DNA of 64,000 nucleotides. Origin: Vicinamibacterales bacterium (GTDB lineage: Bacteria; Acidobacteriota; Vicinamibacteria; Vicinamibacterales; JAMQPK01). The stretch spans positions 132,075 to 196,074 of the forward strand of contig CAWBEG010000001.1 in assembly GCA_963787755.1 (NCBI GenBank), given 5' to 3'. The position numbers and the translations under genes were made by a program. Of this stretch, positions 20,306-31,233 are shown piece after piece. Each line of letters opens with the position of its first letter. Positions within the stretch are counted from its first letter, which is position 1. A model generated the notes under the pieces. That model was not told where the DNA came from and did not search any database. It worked only from the letters and a program-made list of their open reading frames with translations.

Positions 20306-20686
20306 TCACTCGCCATGCAGCGAGGACAGGGATGTTGATCGCCAGTACGTCGGTGTCCGAGCGCCGCCGCCCGTGGTCCATGTCGAAGGACACCGTTGTG
20401 TCTCCTGTCGCGCGCGCTGCTCGCGCGTCAGGCGCCCGCCGATGACCCGGCAATACGGGGACACGCCGCGCACCTGCAGCTGCAGCACCCGGCCGTCTTC
20501 GAGAATCAGTTCGAGGATCTCGCCGTCTTGCGCAACCGGCGGTGACTCCAGCTCGACAACTGTTCCAGGCTTGTTCGGCAATCCGACATGGATTTCGTAC
20601 TGCGCGAGACCCAGATCGCGCTGTCCCGATCGAAGATGACCCGTTCCGCTGAACGCCTGTTCACGCACCGTACACTCTCCGTGCAT
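20306..20686 (-). CDS. Hypothetical protein
   Basis: ORF 20306..20686 has protein-like composition in its first 90 aa (GTVVELESPPVAQDGEILELILEDGRVLQLQVRG). No domain recognised. Confidence 0.3.
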   Translation of the reverse strand: MHGECTVREQAFSGTGHLRSGQRDLGLAQYEIHVGLPNKPGTVVELESPPVAQDGEILELILEDGRVLQLQVRGVSPYCRVIGGRLTREQRARQETQRCPSTWTTGGGARTPTYWRSTSLSSLHGE

Positions 20687-20722
20687 TGCGAGAATGCAAG
20701 GCGTGAGACCAACTATCTATTC

Positions 20723-22262
<1,540 letters not shown>

Positions 22263-22274
22263 CTATCATCGTAT

Positions 22275-22351
22275 GCGCCCGTAGCTCAGCTGGATAGAGC
22301 GGCAGCCTCCGGAGCTGTAGGCCACAGGTTCGAATCCTGTCGGGCGCACCA
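22275..22351 (+). tRNA. tRNA-Arg (anticodon CCG)
   Basis: Same acceptor stem as the previous tRNA, anticodon loop CTCCGGA, T-loop TTCGAAT, CCA encoded. Confidence 0.9.
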
Positions 22352-22360
22352 AACCGATCA

Positions 22361-22437
22361 TAGAAAGTGAAAAGTAGGAAGTAGAAAGTGAAAAGGCCGT
22401 TCCTTTCTACTTTCCACTTTTTACTTTAGACTTTCCT
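22361..22437. repeat. Heptamer-built hairpin in a tRNA spacer (TAGAAAG TGAAAAG TAGGAAG TAGAAAG TGAAAAG versus TCCTTTC TACTTTC CACTTTT TACTTTA GACTTTC)
   Basis: Five units per arm with a 4-nt loop CCGT, between tRNA-Arg(CCG) and tRNA-Lys. Confidence 0.9.
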
Positions 22438-22442
22438 CATGT

Positions 22443-22518
22443 GGGCCGCTAGCTCAACTGGCAGAGCAGCAGACTCTTAATCTGCGGGTTCTCGGTTCGA
22501 TTCCGAGGCGGCTCACCA
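22443..22518 (+). tRNA. tRNA-Lys (anticodon CTT)
   Basis: Acceptor GGGCCGC/GCGGCTC, anticodon loop CTCTTAA, T-loop TTCGATT, CCA encoded. Confidence 0.9.
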
Positions 22519-22540
22519 CTTTTTCTTAGGAAATTCGACG

Positions 22541-23814
22541 TCAGGCGGTTCTGCGGAGAGAGACTGAGGCAGGCCTTTGCAAGGTTTTTGCAACGGCGGC
22601 AGAATCCAGTGAATCGACGCCCTTGCGACCGCTCCCGTCCGGTAGCCAGCGCGCATACACGCGCAGCGTGATTGACGCGTCCTTGTGGCCCATCTGACGG
22701 CTCACGTAGGTAATCGGCTCGCATGCGTTCACGAGCAACGACCCGAACGTGTGTCGCATCTGGTGGGGTCCTCGACGGTGCAGTTCGGCCTTGTCGAGGA
22801 TCTGATTGAAGGCCTTGCGGACGTTGGACTCATCCAGCGCCGTGCCGATGGCCGACGCGAACACCCACTCCGGGCGAGGCAAGCCCTTCTTCAGCCAGGC
22901 CGGACCTGTTCCCGTCGCCACAGCCGCAGAGTCGCCGTAGCTGCCGCGACATGTCGACGCGACGCCGTTGGTGGTTCTTCGGCGTCGTGATGACGCCACG
23001 CACTAGATTTCGTTCCAGGTTGATGAAGCTACCCCGCCAGTCAATGTCGCTCCACTGCAGCGCCAGCAGCTCGCCGGCACGCATGCCGGTACGTAATCCA
23101 CAAAGCAGCCACGCGTGCCACTGCGGAAAATGCTGACGGGACACGCTCAGAACGTGTGCAACCTCATCCTTCGTGAATGGGTCAGGCTCCGCCTGTGGCT
23201 CGTCGCCGCGTTTGAGGTGCTTACGCATTTGGAGCGCTGGGTTCGCGGGCAACAGGTCGTCCTCGACCGCCTGAGAAAGCACAGTGCTCAAAGTTCTCAC
23301 GATGCCCCGCACTGTCCCGATCTTTAGCCCCTTCCCGCGACACGTCGTGATCAGCGTGCGGCAGTCCTTCCGCGTAATCTCGCTTACTGCGCGACTGCCC
23401 AGCTCGGGGAAAATGTGATTCTCCAGATGGTCCGTGTAGAAGCGAATAGAACTGACCTTAAGGTTGAGGCCAGCGGTTCGCAGCCATTGTCGGCAATAAG
23501 CCTCGAGCGTTTCCGGAGCCGACAGCTCAGCTTCGGTACGGAGCTGCCGCCGCGCCCGAGAACGTCCCAAGCTTTATCGCTACCCGCAGGCGCTCAGCCT
23601 CGTCTTCGGCCATCGTTTTGGAATCGACGGCCTTGCCAAGATGCCGGTTCAGCGAAAATCGGTGGTGGAGGCCTTTCCAACGAAAGGAGAAATGCCAAGT
23701 ATGGCTGCACTTCACCCACTTGCTGCGCGAACAGCTGCACACCTTACGGATCCCATCGTTCGCGTGAACGGCCACCTCGGTGCCGTCACGCAGCTTTCTC
23801 ACCCGACTACTCAT
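22541..23814 (-). CDS. int: Tyrosine recombinase / phage-type integrase; two frame breaks (about 22950, about 23560)
   Basis: AAGGAGG RBS before MSSRVRKLRDG...WHFSFRWKG (arm-binding N-terminus, ORF 23527..23901). Core-binding part in ORF 22830..23570. Catalytic part RTGMRAGELLAL ... HQMRHTFGSLL ... LRVYARW in ORFs 22830.. and 22541..22999. Confidence 0.85.
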
Positions 23815-23825
23815 ACTGACCTCCT

Positions 23826-24095
23826 TATTGATCTGACGCCGTCTTCTCCAGCCACTCATCGATCCACTCCGGCTTGATTCGGAGCTCGCGCCGACCGCCA
23901 ACGCGAGCTGCCCTCAGGCGGCCGGACTGCACCTCGCGGTAAATTGTCTTCGTTCCTGACTCGTGCCCTGAGAGCGGCTTGGCCGGCGGTCAGCCATGGA
24001 CCGCTCGTCTCCGTGGATTGGGACTGGCAGGACCTAGGCGTCGGGCGGCCTCCCTTTCCGCCCTGCTGCCATGAGTTCCGCGCCGTGATTTGCAT
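23826..24095 (-). CDS. xis: Excisionase-family helix-turn-helix protein; frame break, start uncertain (24095 or 23997)
   Basis: LTAGQAA... in ORF 23856..24095, then [42 protein letters not shown] in the adjacent frame. Its stop overlaps the integrase RBS. Confidence 0.55.
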
Positions 24096-24099
24096 GTTG

Positions 24100-25727
24100 T
24101 TAGGTCCCTCGCTGTAATTAGGTTAGAAAGGGGGCGCGACCCGCATGTCGACGGTAGAGACATTGTGCCGGATGTACAAGGCTTACGTTGTGTTGCTACC
24201 GAAGTACCGCTGACCGTCACGAGATCACCCCGTTCCTCTTCACCGTCAGGTGTGACAGCTATGACGGCTGCTGGACTGACTTTCCTGATCGAGATCAGGC
24301 GGTTGTTGCAACCCCTGTCGAAATCCACCTCGATGCCCCGCCGTCGCAGATTCGGTGCGATTCGCCTGAGTCGAAGGCCCACAGACTCGGCCGTGCCGGG
24401 TAAGTCACGTGGTTGAAAATCCCCGTACTCCCTGGATTGGTGAATATCCTGTAACAGGGTCGTGGCGGTACCCTTCCATTCTCTGACCTGCGCTATGAGC
24501 TTGAGGATGGCATCCGCCAACGATTCTGCTTCGACCACACGAGCATCAGCCTCGGATTCGTTGCTCGCATACGCCCGAAGGAACGTGCCAGGGGTCCACC
24601 CAAGCGCGGGCTCGGCCGCCGTTATCCAGATCGCGAGATCCGCCATGCGTGGCAATTCGTCAAGCCTGACATGATCAACATTGCTCAGTGCCCCACTGAC
24701 CGCCCGAAGAAGCGCGCCGAATATCGCCGGGCGTGCTCGCTCGAACGCCTCCCATAGACCCTGCTCGGCACGCCGACCCTCTCGAGACAGCAGGGAGGCT
24801 GCACGCATAGACTGCGGTCTAGGAGGTCACTACGGTTGATCAGGTGGTGTATGCCATTGAGGATCACGGGCCGCTTCGCATCGAACACGACTTCCTCATC
24901 ATCCTCGTAGAGTTTTCGCGTCCCGACTGCGCCACCGGTAGAGAGTCGGCAGAAGGCGTCCGACAGCCACGGCGGGATGCCAGACAAATTGTCAAACGCC
25001 AAGACGCGACGATTAACAGCTGCAATCGCGAGGTCGCGCTCGTCGCGCGGGGCTGCTCTCAACGGATCGGCATTGGGATCGATGAGGGCTATGATCACTC
25101 GGCTTGCTGTGGATTTCGCCGTCCCCTGCTCTCCAACCATCTCTAAGCATGGAAAAGGCCCGTCTGGCCTCAGCGCGGCAACCATGAACGCAACGATCTT
25201 GACGAGTCGTCCTCCGTCGCCACGTTCAGGAACGGGCGCAGATCGTCAAGACTCCCACCCTCCTGCGGATAAGGCAGGGCGCGCATACTCTTCGGCCGCA
25301 CAAACTTGACCGGGGAATGGTTGAGGACGCGATAGCCCGTCTTGTGGATTTCGACGACTTGCCAGTTGTCGTTGGCCAAGTCTAGATAAATGTTGCCATT
25401 TGAAGCCTCGGCCACCCGTGTGTGGACTGCGATCGCTGGGCCATCGAACACAGCCTTCGCGTCGAGTACGTTCAGGGCCGTTTCCAGCACGTCACTTGGC
25501 ACAGTCTTGAGCCACTTGCGGTAAAACTCTCGCAGCAACCAGGATTTGAACGCCTTGCTGCGAATCGGCAAGGTTTCCTGGTGTTTATCGACGCGGATGG
25601 TGATGTAACCGCGCTGACTCTCGGTGTGAAACAGCTGCGCGCCATCGGTGATTCCGATGAGCTGCGGCAGTGTTTTTGGACCCAGTCTCGCCGCCAGTCT
25701 GGGGAACCGTTGGGGTGACTTGGTCAT
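24100..25727 (-). CDS. P-loop NTPase of integrative elements (primase/helicase-associated, VirE/D5-like); two or more frame breaks, 3' end uncertain
   Basis: Three consecutive ORFs read as one protein: 25170..25727, 24685..25185 and 23990..24808. Walker-A-like GEQGTAKST at 25108-25134, then VLAFDNLSG. The C-terminal part resembles island replication proteins. Confidence 0.55.
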
Positions 25728-25730
25728 TAC

Positions 25731-25949
25731 TCATCGGTCACCCCCTATGGCGGCGTGGAACCTGTCATACCTGTCACTCCTGTACGTCGCATCTTGCCTT
25801 TCTGTGTCAACCGCTGAGGCGACACGGGCTTTACGTGGACGAGGTATGCTCGCCTTCCTACCGTGGACTACTGCGTGGCTCTCGACTGTCGTGCTCGGCG
25901 GCGCGCCGTCGCATGCGCAGCGGCGTTGCCCGGTTGCTCGCGCCATCAT
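25731..25949 (-). CDS. Hypothetical small protein (operon member)
   Basis: ORF 25731..25949. Its start overlaps the upstream stop, and its stop lies 3 nt before the next start. Confidence 0.3.
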   Translation of the reverse strand: MMARATGQRRCACDGAPPSTTVESHAVVHGRKASIPRPRKARVASAVDTERQDATYRSDRYDRFHAAIGGDR

Positions 25950-26248
25950 CGAACGACCTCCGCAGACTGCTCAGATTGCAACCAATCGCACGGGATTGTT
26001 CGTACCTGGACAGGTTGGTCGTCGCCGCCCATGACGTCGCAGTCGGCCCGGTGAACGATGGCGGTGAATCCGCCTGCAACAAGGGGCGCGCTCGAACGAC
26101 AGGTATCGCACCGCAGTTCCGTGCCGGCTTCGGTGTTGACGATTTCAACCCGATCAAGTGCCTGCGCTTTGAGCTGTATGCCCTGGCCGGGTCGCAGCCA
26201 ACACGAAATCGCTTGCGCTCGATGCGCGAGAAAGTAATCCGCTTTCAT
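25946..26248 (-). CDS. Hypothetical protein (first gene of the replication-like operon)
   Basis: AAGGAGGG RBS before MKADYFLAHRAQAIS... (internal start of ORF 25946..26305). Confidence 0.4.
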   Translation of the reverse strand: MKADYFLAHRAQAISCWLRPGQGIQLKAQALDRVEIVNTEAGTELRCDTCRSSAPLVAGGFTAIVHRADCDVMGGDDQPVQVRTIPCDWLQSEQSAEVVR

Positions 26249-27182
26249 TCTTCGTCCCTCCTTAAGCAAGGCTTCGCCTGAAACGGCCTCGCTCGGTCTA
26301 AACACGTTTACGACTTACTGGTCTGCTGCCGGGCCCCGGCAATCTGCGATGGATAACTATGCACGTGTGCTGTTGTGAATATCTAGGATGTACTCAGGCT
26401 TATGTCGATGCATTTGCGATCGAGGCAATCAATTTCGCTGCGGTTGCGTCACTTTGCGTCAGCTTGTCCATGCGGGCAATAGTAATTAAGCTGCGATCTT
26501 TTTTAACAATGGCTCTTTTCGGGGCGACGAGTAGTTTACTTATGAGTCGGACGGGAACAACTACTTCCCCCAGAGGTAACACGGCATTGATATCACGTCA
26601 ACAGAATTCGTCAGATTTATTTCATCGGATGCCTATTACCACGAGCGCGCGAATACTACTCCTCATCGATGCTCGGCCGCACGCTGGCTTACTACGTGGT
26701 CGATGCGATCTCTCCCGGAAGAATGCTGGCGTTCGGCACGTCGGCATTAATTGACGGACCCCGGGACGACGGATTGAGGGACCGTGACGATCGGAGCCGG
26801 CTTAGTTCGCCACGTGAGGATGACCGCGTTCACAACCGCAGTCACAACGGAAGCGAACGCCTGGGCGTCACGGCCAACCTCGTCAACATCGTGAGCGGTG
26901 CAGATGCCCACCTCGACGTACACCATCGTCTGAACGCGGGTCCTTTGCATGGATCTTCTCCGCAACTTCACGCGCACACACTTGTATTGAAAACAGTCCA
27001 TCCATTGATCTCTCCTTCGCCTGTGGGGCGAGTGCGAGCCACCTCGAATGAGGGCTCCGTGACGACGTCGGGTCGGGACAGCGGCTAAGTTTCATCGCCT
27101 CCTTCATGCATCTGAGTAAAAGTGCGCTTACTGCATACGTATGTCAAGGGCCACCGCAAAAAAAAAATACTAAACAGGGCAA

Positions 27183-27196
27183 TTACAAACTTGTAA
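27183..27196. promoter_or_regulatory. Candidate operator: palindrome TTACAA-AC-TTGTAA with extra TGTAAC/GTAAAC half-sites downstream
   Basis: Located in the AT-rich divergent region about 90 nt upstream of the XRE gene. TGTAAC recurs at 27209-27214. Confidence 0.35.
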
Positions 27197-27284
27197 CAAC
27201 TAAAACGATGTAACGAGTAAACAGAAAACTTAGTGTGGACGATCGTCGGTGGACTGATCAGCCACATGGCTTCAGGATTCACGT

Positions 27285-27509
27285 ATGACCACTGCTCGAC
27301 ATCCATTTCTAAAGAAGCTGGGGGCTCGCGTACGTGAACTGCGAGAGCGCAGGGACGTGAGTCAGGAGGAATTCGCTGCCGCGGCAGGCATTGATCGTTC
27401 CTATATGTCGGGAATCGAGCGCGGAACTCGAAACGTCGGGGTAATTACCCTGGCTAAGCTCGCGAAGGCGCTGAACATTTCTGTCAGCAAGCTCACCGAC
27501 ATGCCTTGA
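27285..27509 (+). CDS. XRE-family (Cro/CI-type) helix-turn-helix regulator
   Basis: LGARVRELRERRDVSQEEFAAAAGIDRSYMSGIERGTRNVGVITLAKLAKALN is a canonical HTH_3 pattern. Confidence 0.85.
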   Translation: MTTARHPFLKKLGARVRELRERRDVSQEEFAAAAGIDRSYMSGIERGTRNVGVITLAKLAKALNISVSKLTDMP

Positions 27510-27866
27510 TATTTATGTTCACATTAGTCCTGACTCGGGTGGTGTTTGGGTCTAGCGTTCTTGTTGGCCCTGGGTTCGTCTTGGACTTACAGCGGGATCA
27601 CTTGGGTCAGCGGCGGGGTTACTAATGTGTTTCAGCTTCGTATCACTGGCAGGTTGTAGGACTCCTGTTTGCTATCTCGGGTTTAGGATGCGGGATGTGT
27701 TCCTGCTCTGGATACCCGTTGTACTTGTCGCTCGGCTATATCCGATAAGTCCTGGGCGGACCATTCACCCATGAGATGTTTAGGTATCCTTAGCCCGGCT
27801 TCCTGCGTGGATACTCGCTGCTCTGTCTAACACTCAGGCGTTTCCGCCACAACCGGCAACCGGCGA

Positions 27867-28061
27867 TTAGGAAGGAACTCGCCGTCGCGCGTTTTCGGGC
27901 AAGCCATCATCATCGTAAGGGCCTGGTTCCTTGTCGGCTATGCTGTTGTCATTACCAGACGTCGTTTTATCGTCTCTGGGCACGTCCGGTCCGCCTGTTG
28001 ACCTATCCTTTACGTCTTCCTTGGGAAGATCTTCAACATCCTGATTTGATTCGCGATTCAT
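27867..28061 (-). CDS. Small acidic intrinsically disordered protein
   Basis: GGAGTG RBS; MNRESNQDVEDLPKEDVKDRSTGGPDVPRDDKTTSGNDNS...; no hydrophobic core. Confidence 0.5.
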   Translation of the reverse strand: MNRESNQDVEDLPKEDVKDRSTGGPDVPRDDKTTSGNDNSIADKEPGPYDDDGLPENARRRVPS

Positions 28062-28080
28062 AATTCACTCCGGCGCGTTC

Positions 28081-28305
28081 TTATACCTTGTTACCGTTCG
28101 GAGCACCATCGGTCGAGCGCTTGTTTCCTTGCTTCGTCGACCGGCCTGTTTTTGGAGCTTGTTCTGAGTCCGATTTGCCACGACGCTGTGTCTGGCCGGC
28201 CTGGACGGAATCTGGACCTTCCTGGTGCGCTCCTGTACCTTCTTTCCCTTCAGGCCGACGCTCAGGCTGTTCATGGTTGTTCATAGGAGTGTCCTTGTGT
28301 GGCAT
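28081..28305 (-). CDS. Small basic/hydrophilic disordered protein
   Basis: MPHKDTPMNNHEQPERRPEGKEGTGAHQEGPDSVQAGQTQRRGKSDSEQAPKTGRSTKQGNKRS (internal start of ORF 28081..28452; alternative ATG at 28284). Confidence 0.45.
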   Translation of the reverse strand: MPHKDTPMNNHEQPERRPEGKEGTGAHQEGPDSVQAGQTQRRGKSDSEQAPKTGRSTKQGNKRSTDGAPNGNKV

Positions 28306-28312
28306 CGTGGGC

Positions 28313-28615
28313 TCACACCCCTCCGCGGTTTCCGCCCTGCTGCTTAGGCGTTGTCTCCACACTCTCGGGGGTATCGGACTCAGGCCGGGGTTCGTCAGAT
28401 TCCGGAAAAGCGCGCTCTTCCTCGGCCAAGCGATTGCTGATGCCTTGTTCACCGATGCTGTTGTATGCGGGCGCCTGGTCCAGATCAGACGGGCCTACGA
28501 ACTCTCTGGCATCCTCATCTTGCCGGGGCGCCTTGCTGGGCGCTCCCGTATCCACGTATGAGGAACTGCCGCCATACTTTCTGGCGCGTTCCTGGTTGTT
28601 CTTTTTTTGTTCCAT
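28313..28615 (-). CDS. Small hydrophilic stress-protein-like disordered protein
   Basis: AGGAG RBS; MEQKKNNQERARKYGGSSSYVDTGAPSKAPRQDEDAREF... resembles general-stress hydrophilins. Confidence 0.5.
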   Translation of the reverse strand: MEQKKNNQERARKYGGSSSYVDTGAPSKAPRQDEDAREFVGPSDLDQAPAYNSIGEQGISNRLAEEERAFPESDEPRPESDTPESVETTPKQQGGNRGGV

Positions 28616-28676
28616 GACGACTCCTGTTGTTTAGTAAGCAGCAAGGGCTGTACCAGGAGACGCCATCGGGACTTTT

Positions 28677-29069
28677 CTATTTAACAGTCCGCTTGGAAGA
28701 CAGGGAGCCTCGCTTCGAGCCGCCAGCCGCTTTCCTTTTATCCGCCCAGCGCTTCTGAGCCGCAGCTTTCATCTTCGCCCGTGTTTCCTCCGAAATCTTC
28801 CGGCGGCCTCGACGCCGTCGTGGGCCGTCATTCAACGGAATATTCGCCACCGTGTTTGCCGGCCGCCGAGGTTTCCGCTTGATCCAAGGCATCGGACTGT
28901 TAGCGCCGAGTTCGGTCATCAAGCTGTTCGCCCTGTCGCGAACTGTACCAAGCGCTTCGAGTAATGCGGCTCGCTGGTCGAGCCACTTACGAGCGTGTGA
29001 TTCAGTAGTTCCAAACAGTCGGCCGACCTCTGCCGCAATCTCTTCTAAACCTAACGCTTTTTTAGCCAT
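28677..29069 (-). CDS. Hypothetical protein with basic C-terminal tail (possible nucleic-acid binding)
   Basis: ORF 28677..29069: helical N-terminus, then RRRRGRRKISEETRAKMKAAAQKRWADKRKAAGG. Confidence 0.45.
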   Translation of the reverse strand: MAKKALGLEEIAAEVGRLFGTTESHARKWLDQRAALLEALGTVRDRANSLMTELGANSPMPWIKRKPRRPANTVANIPLNDGPRRRRGRRKISEETRAKMKAAAQKRWADKRKAAGGSKRGSLSSKRTVK

Positions 29070-29527
29070 AGCTGATTATTGTGGTTTCTCTTACTCTGTC
29101 AACTTACGTTATCCGCGACTTTCTTGGGGTTCTTGCGCTGGTTGATGTAGAGCCTCAGGTAGCCGCGCTTGGTCTGGCGCCATTCCCGGATATGGTCCTC
29201 GCCGACCTTGAATTGGTTGACGACCTAGTCTTTGATTCTTCTCTAGGAACTTTTTGTCGTAGCAGGAATCGTTCTCTTCATCGGCTTTCCCGGGCTTCTC
29301 TGCCTCAGGTTTTGCTTCTTCTGTGTGGTCCACGTGAATGTGGGTTAATTCTTGTAGACTCTTGCATCATGCGCGCATCACCGACTGGCTGTATTCAGTC
29401 TTTCGTCGCTGGTGGGACGATGCCCGCTTGGTCTCACAGATCGAATCATTCAGTAGTGCTGCGGCACTGATTTTTGCAATCGCCACGTCCATCATTGCAA
29501 CTTACATTGCTTGGATAAATTTCCCAA

Positions 29528-30100
29528 ATGAATGCGCCCACTCCAGAACAGATCATCAGTTCATTCGATAGTGCCGTTGCGTTCGTCGGCCAGCTTCGGC
29601 GTTCGATACGCGGAGAAAACGACAGGCGAGAGAACATGATTGTCGAGGCCTTGATCCGTTTGGAGCAGGCGACGTATCTACTTCGCCGCTTCAGGACTCT
29701 TGAACTTGAGCATGATGAAAAAGATGGCCAGCTTGGAAAGACAACGATCGAACGTCGTGTAGAGCTAGCTAAACGTGTTCATGAACTCGGGTTCGAAATT
29801 AAGCTGATCGGCGAAGCGTTCTACTACTTTGCCTTCCGCGCTCGACAAGCACTGCGCCATGAGAACGGCTTCGACCTTGGCTGCGAGACTGTCGGGGTGC
29901 GTGATGTCAGAAATCACCTGATCGAGCACTCAGATAAGAAGAGCGGGGTTCTGGTGTCCTGGTGGGTTTTTAGATGCCCCGAGGGATTGATTCTAGCGCC
30001 TGATGACAACAAGGGACTCGACAAGGGAATTTACCCTAATGCGTCTGAATTCATCGACGAGGTGACCCGAGGACTACAGGACTTCGCGTCACGGCGCTGA
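29528..30100 (+). CDS. Hypothetical all-alpha protein with a HEPN-like R-x5-H motif
   Basis: Intact 190-aa ORF, AT-richer than its surroundings. VGVRDVRNHLIEH at nt 29909-29929. Confidence 0.5.
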   Translation: MNAPTPEQIISSFDSAVAFVGQLRRSIRGENDRRENMIVEALIRLEQATYLLRRFRTLELEHDEKDGQLGKTTIERRVELAKRVHELGFEIKLIGEAFYYFAFRARQALRHENGFDLGCETVGVRDVRNHLIEHSDKKSGVLVSWWVFRCPEGLILAPDDNKGLDKGIYPNASEFIDEVTRGLQDFASRR

Positions 30101-30124
30101 CAGTCTTCGAACGTAGCGGTGCGT

Positions 30125-30480
30125 TTACGCGGCAATTCCGTCAAAATCGAGTGTGCAACCTGTCGCGGTTCCCCCTGGGGACGCCAACATTACGCTCTTT
30201 CTGTAAGCCCGCTCAAGCAGCCGCCCATAGTCACCGTCGAACGTATCTTGAGGGCCGATGCCCCTCGGAGCCGAGCGGTCCTTCGTCGATGCCTGCCGGA
30301 CGCTCGACCGCGATGCCGGTGAAGAGCTTGTCGAAGCGCGTCGGGGCCTCGAACGTGTAGCCGTGGATCTCGCCGCTGATGGGGTCTGTGCTAAGCGTGA
30401 AGACGATCCGGCTACGCAAGATGCGCTGCAAGACGGTCCGCGCCTGGGTGGCAGCCCGCGACGGGGTGTAGACTTGCCCT
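30125..30480 (-). pseudogene. C-terminal remnant of a large serine recombinase
   Basis: QARTVLQRILRSRIVFTLSTDPISGEIHGYTFEAPTRFDKLFTGIAV (ORF 30231..30542) continues in another frame. No catalytic N-terminal domain is present. Confidence 0.4.
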
Positions 30481-30490
30481 GAGGTGAGCG

Positions 30491-31063
30491 ATGACGAAAC
30501 ACAGCTTGATTGTTGTTGGATTCGTGCTAATCGCGTGCGCAACCTCCTTCAGTGCGCAGATTCCTGCTGGAAGCGATGATCAAGCACAGACCCAAGCGGC
30601 CAAGCTGTGGTCTGGCTGGTGGAAGCTTAATCTAGAGAAATCCACGTACCAGGGCATGCCGAGGCCGATGCCTCCGGAAGGTCAAACACGCCAGTACACA
30701 CTTCGTCCTGACGGATTCTGGGTGGAGTCAGTCTTCACCACCAACGCCGCCGGGCTTCCCTCGTTCATTCAACGAGTGTTCAGGTTGGACGGAACGCAAC
30801 GCCAGTCCGGCTTCCCTAATATCGCAACATTGGCCGAGTTTCTCGCCACCGGCAAACGACCGCCTGACCCGACCGCGACGACTTACAGAATGGTCAATCC
30901 ATTTACTGTGGAGCGCTTGAATAAAGAGCGAGGTGGCACCATGAGATCCACGACTCGAACCATATCCAGAGATGGCAAGACATTTACGCTGACCATAAAG
31001 GGAACGAACCCACAGGGCCAGCCGCTGAATGAGGTCGAACTCTTCGAGCGAATCGCCGACTAG
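30491..31063 (+). CDS. Secreted hypothetical protein
   Basis: Signal peptide MTKHSLIVVGFVLIACATSFSAQ. Intact 190-aa ORF with beta-rich composition. Confidence 0.6.
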   Translation: MTKHSLIVVGFVLIACATSFSAQIPAGSDDQAQTQAAKLWSGWWKLNLEKSTYQGMPRPMPPEGQTRQYTLRPDGFWVESVFTTNAAGLPSFIQRVFRLDGTQRQSGFPNIATLAEFLATGKRPPDPTATTYRMVNPFTVERLNKERGGTMRSTTRTISRDGKTFTLTIKGTNPQGQPLNEVELFERIAD

Positions 31064-31233
31064 AAAACCAACGCTCAGGCCGCTCGAAAACGACGCCAGA
31101 ATTCCCGCGTGCCAGACGTATCGAATCCCGTTGGGGATTTTACGGCGTTACGCGACCCTCAAGGCCGACCCGACCAGCACGTATAAGTTCTTCAACTCCC
31201 GCTGGGGATTCGAACCCGTGTCGTCAGGTTTAG

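Noticed and set aside
27510-27866. Calling the ORF-free region a CsrA/RsmA-sponging sRNA.
   Set aside because: The GGA count (about 10) is only modestly above what the G-rich composition predicts. I could not place the motifs in hairpin loops by eye and there is no csrA context, so I kept it only as an unexplained ORF-free region.
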